Assembly (NCBI GenBank): GCA_963764625.1
Contig: CAVXTH010000007.1
Span: forward strand, 192,001-256,000
Direction: 5' to 3'
Length of the DNA stretch: 64,000 nucleotides
From: Candidatus Krumholzibacteriota bacterium
Lineage (GTDB): Bacteria; Krumholzibacteriota; Krumholzibacteriia; JAJRXK01
Made by a program: the position numbers and the translations under genes. The notes beneath the pieces are model-generated. The model was given only the letters and a program-made list of their open reading frames with translations, was not told the origin of the DNA and did no database searches. This document shows, piece after piece, positions 22,213 through 34,849 of this stretch; the first letter of the stretch is position 1; each line of letters begins with the position of its first letter.

Positions 22213-23075
22213 GTGCGGCGACCCACCCGGCATCGGTCTCTTTCACGCGCCGACGTCTTCGAAGGACTGGCCTGTGGTTGCTCCTTTTGGCGGGAGCGCT
22301 GCTCTGGGTCGCGCCGCTTCTTTTCATGATGGTGGGCAGTCTGAAACCCGATGCGCGGATTCTTCACGAGGCAGGCTCGTGGCGCGCCTTCGTTCCCCGC
22401 TCGGTGTCGCTCGAAAACTATCACGACGTCTTCGCGCGAGTTCCCTTCCTTCAATTCCTGAAGAACTCGGTCTGGATCAACGGGCTCATCGTGGGTTTGG
22501 GGCTGGTGGTGAATTCTCTAGCCGGCTACGCGTTGGCACGCCTGCAATGGCCGGGACGGCGAATCGTCCTGGGCCTGGTGCTCGCGTTGCTCGTGGTGCC
22601 GTTCGAGGCCATCGCGGTACCGCTGTTCTATCAACTCTCGAGCCTGGGAATGCGCGATTCCTACTCGGTCCAGGTGTTGCCCTTCGTGGCTTATCCACTT
22701 TCCATCTATCTGTTCTATTCGTTCTTTCTGGATCTTCCCAAAGAGCTCGAGCAGGCGGCTAGGGTCGATGGGGCCGGCGTGTTGCGGACGTTCTGGATGA
22801 TCGTGGTTCCGAATTCCAAGCCGGCCTTCGCCAGCGTGGCCATCGTGAGTTTTCTCACCTTCTGGGGTCTGTACCTGTGGCCGCTCCTGATGACCACGGG
22901 AGAGCATGCACGGCCACTGCCTTTGGCCATCGCGACCTTTCAAACTCTACCTCCTTTGCAGTGGGGCGATATTCTCGCCTTTGGAGTGATGATGGTAGCG
23001 CCGGTGCTCCTCGTGTTCATTGCGTTTCAGGGTTGGTTCGTGCGCGGCGTGAGCAGCAGCGGAATCAAAGGATAG
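22209..23075 (+). CDS. Carbohydrate ABC transporter permease (MalG-like)
   Basis: AGYALAR, LPKELEQAARVDGA, YLWPL, ends GIKG. Confidence 0.92.
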   Translation: MSAATHPASVSFTRRRLRRTGLWLLLLAGALLWVAPLLFMMVGSLKPDARILHEAGSWRAFVPRSVSLENYHDVFARVPFLQFLKNSVWINGLIVGLGLVVNSLAGYALARLQWPGRRIVLGLVLALLVVPFEAIAVPLFYQLSSLGMRDSYSVQVLPFVAYPLSIYLFYSFFLDLPKELEQAARVDGAGVLRTFWMIVVPNSKPAFASVAIVSFLTFWGLYLWPLLMTTGEHARPLPLAIATFQTLPPLQWGDILAFGVMMVAPVLLVFIAFQGWFVRGVSSSGIKG

Positions 23076-23077
23076 TG

Positions 23078-24226
23078 ATGGCTGAAGTACGACTCGAAAA
23101 CCTCAGGAAGGTCTATCCCGGCGGGACCGTCGCTCTGGATCGCTTAGACCTGAACATCCACCAGGGTGAATTGGTGGCCGTGCTCGGGCCTTCGGGTTGC
23201 GGAAAATCCACTCTATTGAACCTCCTGGCAGGACTCGAAACCCCGAGCAGTGGAGAGATTCTTTTCGACGGCCGGTCCGTCGTGGGGATGGAGCCCCGCG
23301 AGCGGAACATCGCCATGGTGTTTCAGAATTATGCGCTCTATCCCCACATGACGGTGCGGGAGAATCTCGAGTTTCCCTTGAAGATGATGGGTCGCTCACG
23401 GGCCGAGATCGTCTCGGTGGTGGAGGAGACGGCGCGAGGACTCGGGTTGCAGGAATTGCTCGAGCGCAAGCCCCGCCAGCTGTCGGGCGGACAGGCGCAA
23501 CGCGTCGCCATGGGGAGGGCGATCGTGCGCGATCCCACGCTCTTCCTCATGGACGAACCGCTTTCCAACCTCGACGCGAAACTGCGGGTGGAGATCCGCT
23601 CCGTCATCACCCAGCTGCAAAGCAGCCTGGGCACGACAACCCTCTACGTGACGCACGACCAGGTGGAAGCTCTGACCATTGGGCAGCGCGTGGCCCTCTT
23701 GCGCAGCGGAGAACTGCAACAGCTCGATTCCCCGCAAAACCTCTATGACAGACCGGCCAACCTCTTCGTGGCCGGGTTCCTGGGCAATCCGGCCATGAAT
23801 CTGCTGCGTGCCGAACTCGAGATCGAGGAGGGAGCGCTGAACTTGAGGATCGGATCGCAGACCGTGGGTTTGTCCGCCGAGAGCGCGAAGCGCGCGCTCG
23901 CGGCCAACGCCCGCATCGTGGGGCTGCGGCCCGAGAACTTCGCCTGGCCCGAGGACCATCCCCACTGGCCGCAGGTAGAAGCTCGGGTAAGAACGATCGA
24001 GGTTCTAGGTCACGAGCAACTCCTGCACTTGGATGCGGAGGTTGCCACCGTGGATCCCGAGTCCATCGATCGCGGAGAGGGCCCGGAGTGGCTTCCGAAG
24101 AAGAAGGGCAAGCTGGTGGCCCGGGTCCCGATGCGGTCGGAGGTCTCGACTGAAATTCCCGTTCGACTCGCACTCGACGTGGATGCGCTTCATTGGTTCG
24201 ATGCGAGTGGAGCGGCGCTTCGCTGA
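23078..24226 (+). CDS. Carbohydrate ABC transporter ATPase (MalK/MsmX-like)
   Basis: GPSGCGKST, VFQNYALYPHM, LSGGQAQR, DEPLSNLDAKLR, C-terminal TOBE domain. Confidence 0.93.
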   Translation: MAEVRLENLRKVYPGGTVALDRLDLNIHQGELVAVLGPSGCGKSTLLNLLAGLETPSSGEILFDGRSVVGMEPRERNIAMVFQNYALYPHMTVRENLEFPLKMMGRSRAEIVSVVEETARGLGLQELLERKPRQLSGGQAQRVAMGRAIVRDPTLFLMDEPLSNLDAKLRVEIRSVITQLQSSLGTTTLYVTHDQVEALTIGQRVALLRSGELQQLDSPQNLYDRPANLFVAGFLGNPAMNLLRAELEIEEGALNLRIGSQTVGLSAESAKRALAANARIVGLRPENFAWPEDHPHWPQVEARVRTIEVLGHEQLLHLDAEVATVDPESIDRGEGPEWLPKKKGKLVARVPMRSEVSTEIPVRLALDVDALHWFDASGAALR

Positions 24227-24320
24227 GCTTCAGGCGGCACGAAGCTTCCGCTTGGCCTTGGAGCCCCCCTGCCCTTACATTGAATCTCTCTCCGCGCGCT
24301 TCGTCCCAAGGAGACTCTCG

Positions 24321-26982
24321 ATGCCACTTCAGCCCGGTCTGCGTTTGGGTCCCTATGAAATCGGCGAGCCGCTGGGAGCGGGGGGAATGGGCGAAGTGTA
24401 CCGCGCCCGCGACACCCGTCTCGACCGGACGGTGGCCATCAAGGTTCTGCCCGGGCATCTGTCGGCCAACCAGATCTTGCGCGAACGCCTCGACCGCGAG
24501 GCGCGCGCGATCTCTTCGCTTTCCCATCCGCACATCTGTGCCCTCTACGACGTGGGTCACCAGGAGGATCTCGACTACCTGGTGATGGAATACCTGGAAG
24601 GGCAGAGTCTCGCCGATCGCTTGAAGGATGGTCCGTTGCCTCCCGAGCAGGTGATCAACTTGGGCGCCGAGATCGCCCAAGCGCTCTCCGCCGCGCACCG
24701 CGCTGGCGTGGTGCACCGCGATCTGAAGCCCGGCAACATCATGCTCACCCGGGAAGGCGTCAAGCTGTTGGATTTCGGTCTGGCCAAACTGGGGGTGGAG
24801 CCGCAAGTCAGTGATTCCTCGCTGACGGTTCCCATCAGTTCCCGACACACGGGAGACCCTCTCACGGTGGAAGGTACGATTCTCGGTACCTACCAGTACA
24901 TGGCGCCCGAGCAAGTGGAAGGGAAGGACGCGGACGCTCGGACCGACATCTTCGCCTTGGGGGCGGTACTCTACGAGATGGCCACCGGCCGCCCGGCGTT
25001 CAGCGGAGGCAGTCAAGCATCGTTGATTGCGTCGATCCTCAAGGACCAACCGACTCCCATCTCGAACGTACAGGAGATGGCCCCGCCGGCCCTGGACCGC
25101 GTGGTGCGGGTGTGTCTGGAGAAAGATCCCGAGCAGCGCTGGCAGACGGCCCAGGATGTCGCCCTGCAACTCAGCTGGATCGCCGAGGGAGGTTCCGCCG
25201 CCGGGGTGCCCCGACCGGTGACGCACCGCCGCAAGAACCGCGAGCGGCTGGCCTGGATCGCGGCCGCCGTCTTTGGACTTGGCGCTGGTCGCGGTGGCAG
25301 TGCACGACGTTCTGCGGCCGGCTCCGCCGGAACCGCGGACCGTGCGTTTTCGCATCCCCGCCCCTGCGGGAATCGTTACGGCGGACGTGCCCAAACTCTC
25401 GCCCGACGGACGATTCGTCGCCTTCAACGCGACCGATTCGTTGGGAACCAGTCGCATCTGGCTGCAGCCACTCGATGCTCTGCTGGCGCATCCTCTGGCG
25501 GGAACCGAGGACGCGATGCGGCCATTCTGGTCCCCGGACTCCAAGGAGCTCGCGTTCTTTGCGGGGGATCAGCTCAAGCGAGTCGGGGTCGAGGGCGGCA
25601 CCATCCGCGTGTTGTGTGATGGAGTTCGTGGCGCCGACGGAAGCTGGAGCCAGGAGGGCGTGATTCTCTTCGACGGCGCGGCGGGCGATTCGATTCGTAG
25701 CGTGCCGGCCTCCGGGGGCGTTCCCCGTGGTGCGTCGATTCTCGACCGCGCGAGAGGACAGCAGGAGCACGCATGGCCGCACTTTTTGCCCGACGGCAAG
25801 CACTACCTCTTTCAGGCTCAATATCAGAGTGGAGCCGACAGCCTCTTCGTCGGGGAACTGGGTTCCACCGAGACGCATCTGTTCGGGCCCGCTGCGTCCC
25901 TGATGGGGTATTCCGATCCAGGCTACGTGTTGTGGGTTCAAGACGGAGCACTTCGCGCGCAGCGACTGAATACCAAGAAGTTCGAACTGGAGGGCGAACC
26001 CTTCCCCGTCACCACGCAGCTCAGCGTGGGAAGTTCGGGGCTGGCGAGTTTCTCGGCCTCGCGCAGCGGCGTTCTGGTGTATCGCAGCGGGGACACGGGC
26101 CTGCGCCGCTCCACCTGGGTGGACCGCACGGGAAAGAAGCTGCGCACCACAGGTCCCGCGGGGTACTACGGCAACCCGGACGTGGATCCGTCGGGACAAC
26201 GTATCGTAATCGAGCGGACAGATGGTCAGGCGGCAAAGCCCGATCTGTGGATTCTCGACAACAGCCGCGGCGTGAGCACCCGCTTTACCTACGACGTTGC
26301 CGAGGACACGAATCCCATTTGGTCTCCAGACGGTAGTCAGATCGTCTTTGCGTCGAATCGGTCGGGTCAGATGGACCTCTATTTGAAGAACGCCGATGGG
26401 ACAGGTCAAACCGTACCGGTGTGGCAAGACAGCACCTACAAGTTTCCCACCGACTGGTCGCGCGACGGCAAGATGCTCCTCGTGCAGCGCCGCATGCCCA
26501 ACGCCTCTTGGGACGTCTGGTCTTGGTCCCTGCCAAGCAACTCCGGAGCTCATTCGGTGATTGCTACGAGCGATCTCGAGGGACAAGCCCGATTCTCTCC
26601 CGACGGGCGGTGGGTCGCGTACACCGCCCTCGTGGGGAATCAGCTGCAGATCTATGTGCAGACCGCTTCCGGGGAAGGGGGGAAGTGGCAGATCTCTCTG
26701 GATGGAGGGAGCGAGCCCGAATGGCGTGGCGACGGCAAAGAACTCTACTTCCTCGGCATAGACCGCAGATTGATGGCGGTGGACGTCGATGCTTCATCGG
26801 GCTTTCGCGCCGGGACCCCGCATGCGCTCTTCCGGGCCAACGTGTCGGGAAACTACGTCACGCGGAACCGCTATTGCGTGGCGAAGGACGGTCAGAGCTT
26901 TCTGCTGCTCGCGTCGGACAGCGGGCAGGTGCCACCCATCACCGTCGTCCTCAACTGGACAGCCGAGATCGACGAGAACTGA
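24321..26982 (+). CDS. Ser/Thr kinase with C-terminal TolB-like/PD40 beta-propellers (frameshift ~25280)
   Basis: LGAGGMGEVY, VAIK, HRDLKPGN, DFGLAK, YMAPEQ; repeated (W/F/L)SPDG motifs; ends ITVVLNW. Confidence 0.92.
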
Positions 26983-27088
26983 TTTACTGCAGCCGCCGAA
27001 GTCGACGTGGGGGAGGGAAAGACTGCGAAGTCCTTACCAAGAGTGATCAAACCCAAGCAAAGGCCTGATTCGGGAACAGGTGGAGACC

Positions 27089-30000
27089 ATGGGTCGTAAT
27101 GCCCGGCACTTCCCGCGGCTCAGCGCCCGTCGCGGATTGGTCCTGACGCTCATTCTGGGCGTCATCGTGGTTTTGTTCCCATTGCTCGTACCCAGGGTCC
27201 TGCCCTTCGGAACCGGTCTCCTCAATCGGATGCTCGCGCGTGTCACCACGGTACCCGGAGCGAGATTGACGGTCGGCGAACTGCACGGCAGTTCACTCAC
27301 GAATCTCGAATTGCTCGACCTGAGGCTGACACGCGAGAGATCGGCGCTTGCGGTGGCGGATACGGTCAGGATCGGCCTTCGTCTCTGGCCACTCCTGAGC
27401 GGGCATATCGATCTTCGCACGCTCCAGATTGCAGGACTGCATGTCTCGCGAGAAATCCTGAACTCTGAAGTGAAGACAGGCGACGGGAAGCCTACCTCCT
27501 GGAAGGAGGTCTTGCGCGGAGATCTCTATCATGGTCCCGCTCTGCACGTGGAGCAATTGACCGTGCGCGACGGCAATTTTGGAAGCCATGCTCCCTCGAT
27601 CTCAGGTGCCAATATCGTTGCAAGTAATCTGCGGGTCGCACCTTATGTGATTTGCGAACTCGATCAACTCTCGCTGCGCTATAACCCCGCTCCGCCGGAT
27701 TCCGGGCAGGTCGATCTTTGGCTGTCCGCTTCGCTCTCACCCACGAAACTCCTCGTCGACACTCTGCGGGTAAGGCGCGCGCAGAGCGAGGCGACGGGAC
27801 GTCTCTCGCTCGCCTTTGGCACGGACGGCGGGATTCAACAGATGGCGGTCGCAGTGAATGCGGATTCCCTGGATCTTGCCGATTTGAAACTGCTGCCGGG
27901 TATGCCAAGCATGCACGGAAAGATGCTCCTGAGCGCTGAACTTCGGGGCCCAACGCTCGATCAGTTGGACGGGCGAGTTCATGTGGGGTGGGCAAGCAGT
28001 GGAAGTTGGGACGACGAATTTGCAGGCCTCGAACTTCACGGCGCAACTCGAGGGAGGACGGGCCGAACTGGTTGGCAGAACCGCGCTCGGTGGCGCCGAC
28101 GTCGACGTCAGTGGCTGGATACGGCCCCTGGATGAGGCACCCAGCTATGAATTGAGTCTAACCACTGATGAGCCGCTCCTCCTGCCCGGTCTCGAGGCTC
28201 TCCGAGAACGCACGAGCTCGCGTTGGCAGCCTCGGGGCACTCTTCAGTTGAGAGGAAGGGGGTACGGACCGCAAGAACTGCAGGTTGTGGGGGCACTCGA
28301 GGAAGGTGATTCGCGGATCGAATGGAAAGCCGAGCTTGGCCCACCGCCCGAGAGAGCATGGAAGCTCAGTCAGCTGACTTTGAAGGATCTCGATCTGGCG
28401 TCCATCTTCGACGGCGTCCCCAGCACTCTACTCGACGGGACGCTCAGTGCGCGCGGGCAGCTCGAGGATCTGGCATCGCAATCACCGCTAGTGTCTGTGC
28501 AGACGAACCTCCTTCGCCGTCTCAGTGCTGAGGGAAGGATCGAACTGCGGAGCACTGCGATTGCTCAAAAGACGAGAACCAGGGGCACGATCGAGATCCA
28601 GTTGCGTTCAGGTGAGCTAAAGCTCTCCACGATCATCAACTCGGATGCGGGAAAGCTCAGCTTCAAGGCTGCGTCGCGTCCGTTCGATGCTCAGCCCAAG
28701 CTCGTCCTGTCCGACGGTGAGTTCAAAGACCTCGACCTCAGTTCGTGGGCTCCCGGCTTTCCAGGGACCCAGATGAATGGGGGTTTCCTCGGCGAGATCG
28801 AGCTGAGGCGCCAAGGCACCCTGGAGGTTCGCGTCGCACCTTCACGAGTGGGCACACGCGAACTCTCCGGGGGCACACTCAAGGCCACCCTCGCGGACGA
28901 TCAGCTCGTGTTGGCCAGCCACCTCGAGTTGGAATCACAGGCCGTCGAGCTGCTGGGAAATGCCCGGATTGATAAGGGAAACCTTCACGGGAGTGTCAGC
29001 GCGACTCTGCCTCTCGGTTTCTTGGCAAGTTACGTCACTCGGGACTCACTTCCGACAGACGGTAGTGTCACCATCGACGCCGAGTTTGCCAATCTCTCAG
29101 GAGTGAGTCCACGGGTCGAAACGAGAATTGCGGCCCGGGGGAAAATCGGCGCGTGCACGATTGATTCTCTCCAGGCCACGGCACGGTTGGAGAACGGCGT
29201 GCTCGTCGTGGATTCCCTCGAACTTCTCTCGAACGTGGGCACGATCCACGCCTCTGGAGAACTGGTTCGATCGGATTCCTCTTGGTCCAGGGAATCTGAC
29301 TTCCACGCGTCACTGGTGGTGAGCGATCCTCGACCGGCGCTCGAAACTTTCGATGCGACCCGGATGAGTCCAAAGCTACAGGCGATTTTTCGTCACCTGG
29401 AATCGGCGCAATCCGAGCTGAGCTTACAAGGAGACAGTCTTGGCGCGGAGATCAACGTGCGATTCGACACCGGACAGTCCGTCGATCTGGTGGGAGGCGC
29501 CACGCAAGCCGGCGACACCACGCAAATCTGGCTCACGCGGGCGCAGACGCAGAATACATCCACTGGCTTACGCCTGCTCCGCCCAGCTGAAATCACCTTG
29601 ATGCCGCAGCGACTGGAGATTGGATCGCTACAGTTGGAAGTCGGGGAGGGGCAGATCTTCATCGACGGCACATTCGACCGTCGTGGGGAGGAAGATTTCC
29701 GAATCGAAGCGCAGGGTATCGATCTCGCCTCCATCACGAATGTGCTCGGAACCAATTCTTTCGATGGACGTCTCGACGGTTCGATCGAAGTTAGAGGTAC
29801 CGCGGCCAAACCCGAGGCGACGGGTACTTTGCGGATCGCTTCCATCGTCAAGGGCGCCACGGGAGGAGTCACAGCCTTGCAGGCTAGTTGGGATGGCATG
29901 TCGGCGGAGCTGCGCGCGGTATTCCATTCCCCGGAGAGCGATTCGCTCGTTGTCGTCGCCACCGTGCCGCTGGCCTCACCCTTCGGCGACGCGGAGCCCC

Positions 30001-31422
30001 GCGCAGTCGGGACAAGCCGACAGCTTAGTGACAGTACGCATCGACGCCCGGAATTTTCCTCTCGACGCGCTTTCATCTGTGCTACCAGCGCAAATCCTGA
30101 GTGGTGTGGGTGGTCGTCTCGATGCGCAGCTACGACTGGCGGGTTCGATGGGCCGACTGAAGGGCGACGGTCCGCTAGCGATTCGCGATGGCGAATTCGA
30201 ACTGCCTTCTTTAGGCGTCTCCTATTCGGGGCTGCAGTTGGACGCGGCGCTTTCCGGGGATCGCTTCGTCTTGCGCCAAGCATCCATCAAATCGCAAGGT
30301 GGCGAGTTGAATCTGACTGGAGATGTTCGTTTGTCCTGGATGGACGAGATCGAACCCAGGCTGAGTCTCGTGGTGCACGAGTTTCCTCTTGCAGATACTC
30401 CCGATCTTCGTTTGCTCGCCTCGGGAGAGCTGAAATTCGAAGGGAGCCTTCGCGCCCCGGTACTGCATGGCAGTTTGAATCTGAAAGACTGTGTCTACTA
30501 TCTCGCGCCGGATGTGTTGAATGAGGCACCGAGCAAATCGGAAATCGTGCTCACTCCCGACGACCTACGCATGCTCGCGGATAACTTTGATTATCAGGTC
30601 CGGGATTCTGGAGTCGCGGTACGCGAAGCGTTCAACCGGGCCGAACTGGATCTTCGAGTTTCCCTGGAGCGGAACAACTGGCTCCGTAAGCGTGCTTCCC
30701 CTCGCCTCGCCATGGAAGTCACGGGTGATGTTCATGCTCAAAAATCGTCAGGCGGTGAGCTCGAACTGTACGGTAGTCTAGTTCCGACATCCGGTAGAGG
30801 CTACATCGAGCACTGGGGTCGTACCTTCGACATCGTCGATGGCGAAGTGTTGCTCAACGGGGGATTGGAGGACCACACGATCGATCTGGCGGCGACTTAC
30901 ACCGTGCGATCGCCGCGAGGGGCCGGTGAACCCGAAGTGGTCGTGAAATTCGAAATCCAAGGGCGAACCGACAATCTGAATCTCATTGTCTCTTCTGAAC
31001 CGGCCCTGACGGAATCTGAGATCCTCTCGTACATCACCACCGGCCGCAGTCCGGTTCGATCGCAGACGAATTCTCAGAAGAGTGGAAACGATGCGATGAA
31101 CTTGGCCGCGGACTTCGGCTTGTCACAGGTCACTGGTGGATTGCAGAGCTCAGTGCAGGAAAAGACCGGGTTCGACGTACTGCAAGTACGATACGATCCC
31201 GTACTTGGGGCGACTCTCGTGGCAGGACGATACCTGGATCCTAGACTCTACGCGACCTTCGAACAGCCGCTTCAATACCGCAAGTCGTCCGCGACCACGG
31301 GCCAACGGCCCTATGCCACTTCTGTAGGTCTCGAGTACGAACTCGAGCGCTGGCTCCTCGTGAATCTCCACGCCGAATCCTCTCTGCTGCGCGCCATGCT
31401 GAGGGCTCGTCATGAGTACTGA
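27089..31422 (+). CDS. tamB: Translocation and assembly module TamB-like protein (frameshifts ~28020 and ~30040)
   Basis: N-terminal TM anchor, long beta-taco-like repeats, DUF490-like C-terminus (SEPALTESEILSYITTG, AGRYL, LEYEL); adjacent to an Omp85 gene. Confidence 0.82.
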
Positions 31423-33610
31423 GCATTTAGAGCACCAAAGCTGTGTGGGTATCCGGTGGTTGGGAATTCTGATCCTCCTGATCATCCTCAACGATTCCTC
31501 GATCGCTCCGGCAGCCCCGATTCATGTCGGTGCCGACACGGTGGTTCGCTCGCTCCAGCTCAAAGGCGTGCAAAGTCTCTCCGAGTCGCGATTGCGCAGA
31601 TTGCTTCGCACTCACGACCGAGGAGCAGCCTGGAACATTCGTTCAGCCCTCGGCAAGCTCCCGCTCATTCCCTCGCCTACGGCCGATCCGTTCGATCCAA
31701 GGGTCTTGCAAGAAGACGTTGTACGTCTTCGTGAGGCCTACCATTCCGCTGGCTTCATCGACACCCAAGTTCGGTACGAAGTGGAAGCCAAGAACGACGA
31801 CAAGCTCTTGGACATAACGATTGTCGTAAAAGAAGGCAGACCTTTGACGATCAGCGATGTAGGGATCTATCGCGCGGACTCGTTGACTACACTGCAAGTG
31901 CCTCCGGACTTGAGTAGGGGCTGGGCACGGCTCGAAGTTCGAGCACAATCACTGATCGGCGGGCGTTTCGATTCCAGAGCAGTGCTTCAGGAGCGGGACC
32001 GAATGCGTTCTTGGTTGCGCGACCGCGGATACGCACAGGCCGAGGTAACGAGCCGTGCAGACCAGGACAGCGTGCATCTCACAGTGGTGGTTCGATACCT
32101 CATCGACATCGGCCGACGACAGCGGATCGGTGAGATCCTCGTCGAAGGCAATCACTCGGTTTCTGACCACATCATACGCCGTGAGCTTCCATTCAGCTCG
32201 GGAGACCTCTATTCCCAGCGCATCGTGAATGAAGCTCGTAGCGATCTCCAACAACTTCAAATCGTGCGCGCATCGCGCTTAGAACTCCTGTCGCCTGCAC
32301 TTGCAGACAGCTTGGGAGCTTCCCCGGCGGGAATCCCGGTGCGGCTGACGATCTGGGAAACCCCTCCACACCTGATTGCCGGAGAACTGGGCTACGGAAC
32401 GGATTCAGGACTTCTGGCGACTGCGGAGTGGAACCATCGCAATTTCGCCGGCGACGCGCGCGTTCTCACGATATCCAGCCTGGCGCAGACTGGTGTTCTT
32501 GCCACGGACCAGGTTCCGGACCGACGCTACCGGGGAGGGGTCACGCTCCAGCAACCTTACCTTTTCAACCGTCGCCTCAGCGCGCTGCTGGGTCCATTTA
32601 TCGAATACCGCGAAGACTACCGCGATCGCTCGCTGGAGGCTGGTGCCAACACGACTCTCGTCTACCGCATCCATCGGTTGTTGTCGATGTCCCTGGACTA
32701 CCACATTTCTCACCGCAAGATTTACGAATACCGGCTTGGTGAGTTGATCGTGGGTGATATAAACCTCCTCACCTATCTGTCACAAGCCGTGCTGGATTCG
32801 CAGGAGAAATTCGAAGCGAGCGTAAACACGAGCTTGTTCACGCTCTCGGCGAATCTCGGCAGCCTCGATGAAATTGCCAATCCGCGCAAGGGGATCCTGT
32901 TCAAGCCGTCCTTTCAATTTACTGCCCCTGCCAGTTTCTCCAGCGTCAACTACATCCGAGGTGACGGCTCTGTCTTCGGTTTTCTTCCCCTGGGGTCGCG
33001 GTTCACCCTTTCCGGGAGGGCGAGCGCTGGACGTCTCTACCCTTACGGCAAGAGCGTTCCGAAACCAGGTGAGACGGCGACAGAGAACGCTCTTGCGCTG
33101 AGGGATGCGTTCTTCACAGCCGGCGGTAGCACTGACGTGCGCGGCTGGGGCTATCGTCTGTTGGGGCCTAAGTTTCCCGACATCCGCGTCGTTCAAGTTG
33201 CTGATTCACTGGGCTTCGCAGCGGACGGCTACGTGCCGATCGGCGGTCTGTCACGATTGAGCTTTTCGCTCGAGCTCCGCATGCCTCTTCCACCGTTCGG
33301 ACCAAAAGTCGGATCGCATTTCTTTCTCGATGGAGGCCGCGTTTGGACAGGCGATTCGCGGTTCAGGCTGGGCGCGGATGAGTTCGACGAGGAGCGTTTC
33401 TTCTATGCGACAGGTGGGGGAATCGACCTCATCACCCCAGTCGGGCCGCTCGAACTGAGTCTTGGATACAAGCTCAACCCGTCGCTTCCCGATTTGGTGA
33501 ATTCGGGGGACCTGGTGGATGCCATACTGGCGGGCACGCCAACTGACGAACTAGAGAGGCACAACTCCCACCGCTGGCAATTCAGTCTGGTATTCGGCAC
33601 CAATTTCTGA
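31412..33610 (+). CDS. Omp85-family TamA/BamA-like outer membrane protein
   Basis: POTRA-like segments (GFID, RDRGY, IRRELPFSSGDLYS), lid-loop motif AGGSTDVRGW, FLDGG, TPVGPL, terminal Phe. Confidence 0.9.
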   Translation: MSTEHLEHQSCVGIRWLGILILLIILNDSSIAPAAPIHVGADTVVRSLQLKGVQSLSESRLRRLLRTHDRGAAWNIRSALGKLPLIPSPTADPFDPRVLQEDVVRLREAYHSAGFIDTQVRYEVEAKNDDKLLDITIVVKEGRPLTISDVGIYRADSLTTLQVPPDLSRGWARLEVRAQSLIGGRFDSRAVLQERDRMRSWLRDRGYAQAEVTSRADQDSVHLTVVVRYLIDIGRRQRIGEILVEGNHSVSDHIIRRELPFSSGDLYSQRIVNEARSDLQQLQIVRASRLELLSPALADSLGASPAGIPVRLTIWETPPHLIAGELGYGTDSGLLATAEWNHRNFAGDARVLTISSLAQTGVLATDQVPDRRYRGGVTLQQPYLFNRRLSALLGPFIEYREDYRDRSLEAGANTTLVYRIHRLLSMSLDYHISHRKIYEYRLGELIVGDINLLTYLSQAVLDSQEKFEASVNTSLFTLSANLGSLDEIANPRKGILFKPSFQFTAPASFSSVNYIRGDGSVFGFLPLGSRFTLSGRASAGRLYPYGKSVPKPGETATENALALRDAFFTAGGSTDVRGWGYRLLGPKFPDIRVVQVADSLGFAADGYVPIGGLSRLSFSLELRMPLPPFGPKVGSHFFLDGGRVWTGDSRFRLGADEFDEERFFYATGGGIDLITPVGPLELSLGYKLNPSLPDLVNSGDLVDAILAGTPTDELERHNSHRWQFSLVFGTNF

Positions 33611-33735
33611 GTTCGTGGGCCGGAATCCGGCGCGCGGCATGGCGATGTAGCTTCGGAGCTCGCGGATCCTTCTCGCGCTGGACCTGAAGGAGGCAGACGG
33701 ATAGAATCACGCACCCCTTGGAAGGACCCCCGAAA

Positions 33736-34849
33736 TTGAGTGAATCACCACCGACCCGCGCTCCGCGCAGGGGCCGGCTCGTGCTCGCCGATGGGAGCGA
33801 ATACCCCGGAACCGTGTTCGGCGCTGCCCACGCGCGCGCGGGGAGAGGTTGTGTTCACCACCGGAATGGTTGGGTATTCGGAGGCTCTCACCGATCCTTC
33901 CTACTGCGGGCAGATTCTCGTTTCGACCTACCCTCTCATCGGCAATTACGGCGTTCCGCCGCGAGCGGCGGAGGATCCTCTTCATCCCGGCTTCGAATCG
34001 GATCGGATTCACGCCAGCGGCTTCGTAGTGGCCAAACTCTCCCGCGACTTCTGCCACTGGGGCGCCGCTTCCTCCCTCGATACGTGGCTGCGTGAGGAGG
34101 GCGTGATGGGTCTGGCGGAAGTCGACACCCGTGCGCTCACCCGGCGGCTGCGCGCGTCGGGAACCATGGCCGGCAAGCTCTTGGTGGAGGGTGAGAGAGC
34201 AGAGACCGAGGTCGATGAGGACCCGCCCTTCGAAGACATCAACCGGTGCAATCTCGTGGACGAGGTGAGCGTGAAGGAGCCGGTACTCTACGGGAACGGG
34301 CGCCGTCGCGTGCTGCTTGTCGACTGCGGGGTGAAGCTAAGCATCATACGCAGCCTATTGGACCGCGGACTGAGCGTGCTGCGCGTGCCGTGGGACCACG
34401 ATTTCAACTCCGAGGATGGCGATGCGATCTTCGTCTCCAACGGTCCGGGCGATCCCAAGATGGCGAATAGGACCATCGAGAACCTGCGGCGTGCGCTGGC
34501 TGGGGATCGGCCGATTTTCGGGGTGTGCCTGGGTAACCAGTTGCTCGCTCTCGCCGGCGGATGCGACACCTACAAACTCAAGTTCGGACATCGCTCGCAC
34601 AACCAGCCGGCTAAGGAAGCGGCGGGCATGCGTTGCTACATCACGAGTCAAAACCACGGCTACGCGGTGGACTCCAAGAGCCTTCCTCCAGAATGGGAAG
34701 AATGGCTGGTGAACGCCAACGACGGGAGCAACGAGGGAATCCGGCACCGGGAGAAGCCGTTTTGGGCGGTTCAATTTCACCCCGAGGCGAACCCGGGACC
34801 GCACGACACCGCCTTTCTCTTCGACCGTTTCGCCCAGGAGCTCGGATGA
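33736..34849 (+). CDS. carA: Carbamoyl-phosphate synthase small subunit (frameshift ~33835)
   Basis: RLVLADGSEYPG in the upstream frame, then GEVVFTTGMVGY, SNGPGDP, GVCLGNQ, SQNHGY, VQFHPE. Confidence 0.95.

Noticed and set aside
17085-26586. Long antisense ORFs (17085..18755, 23607..25544, 25171..26586) and similar ones elsewhere
   Set aside because: Shadow frames of real genes in GC-rich DNA, with no motifs.
33826-33845. Programmed frameshift or phase-variable CG run in carA
   Set aside because: Indistinguishable from the many other indels; a dinucleotide-run sequencing error is simpler.
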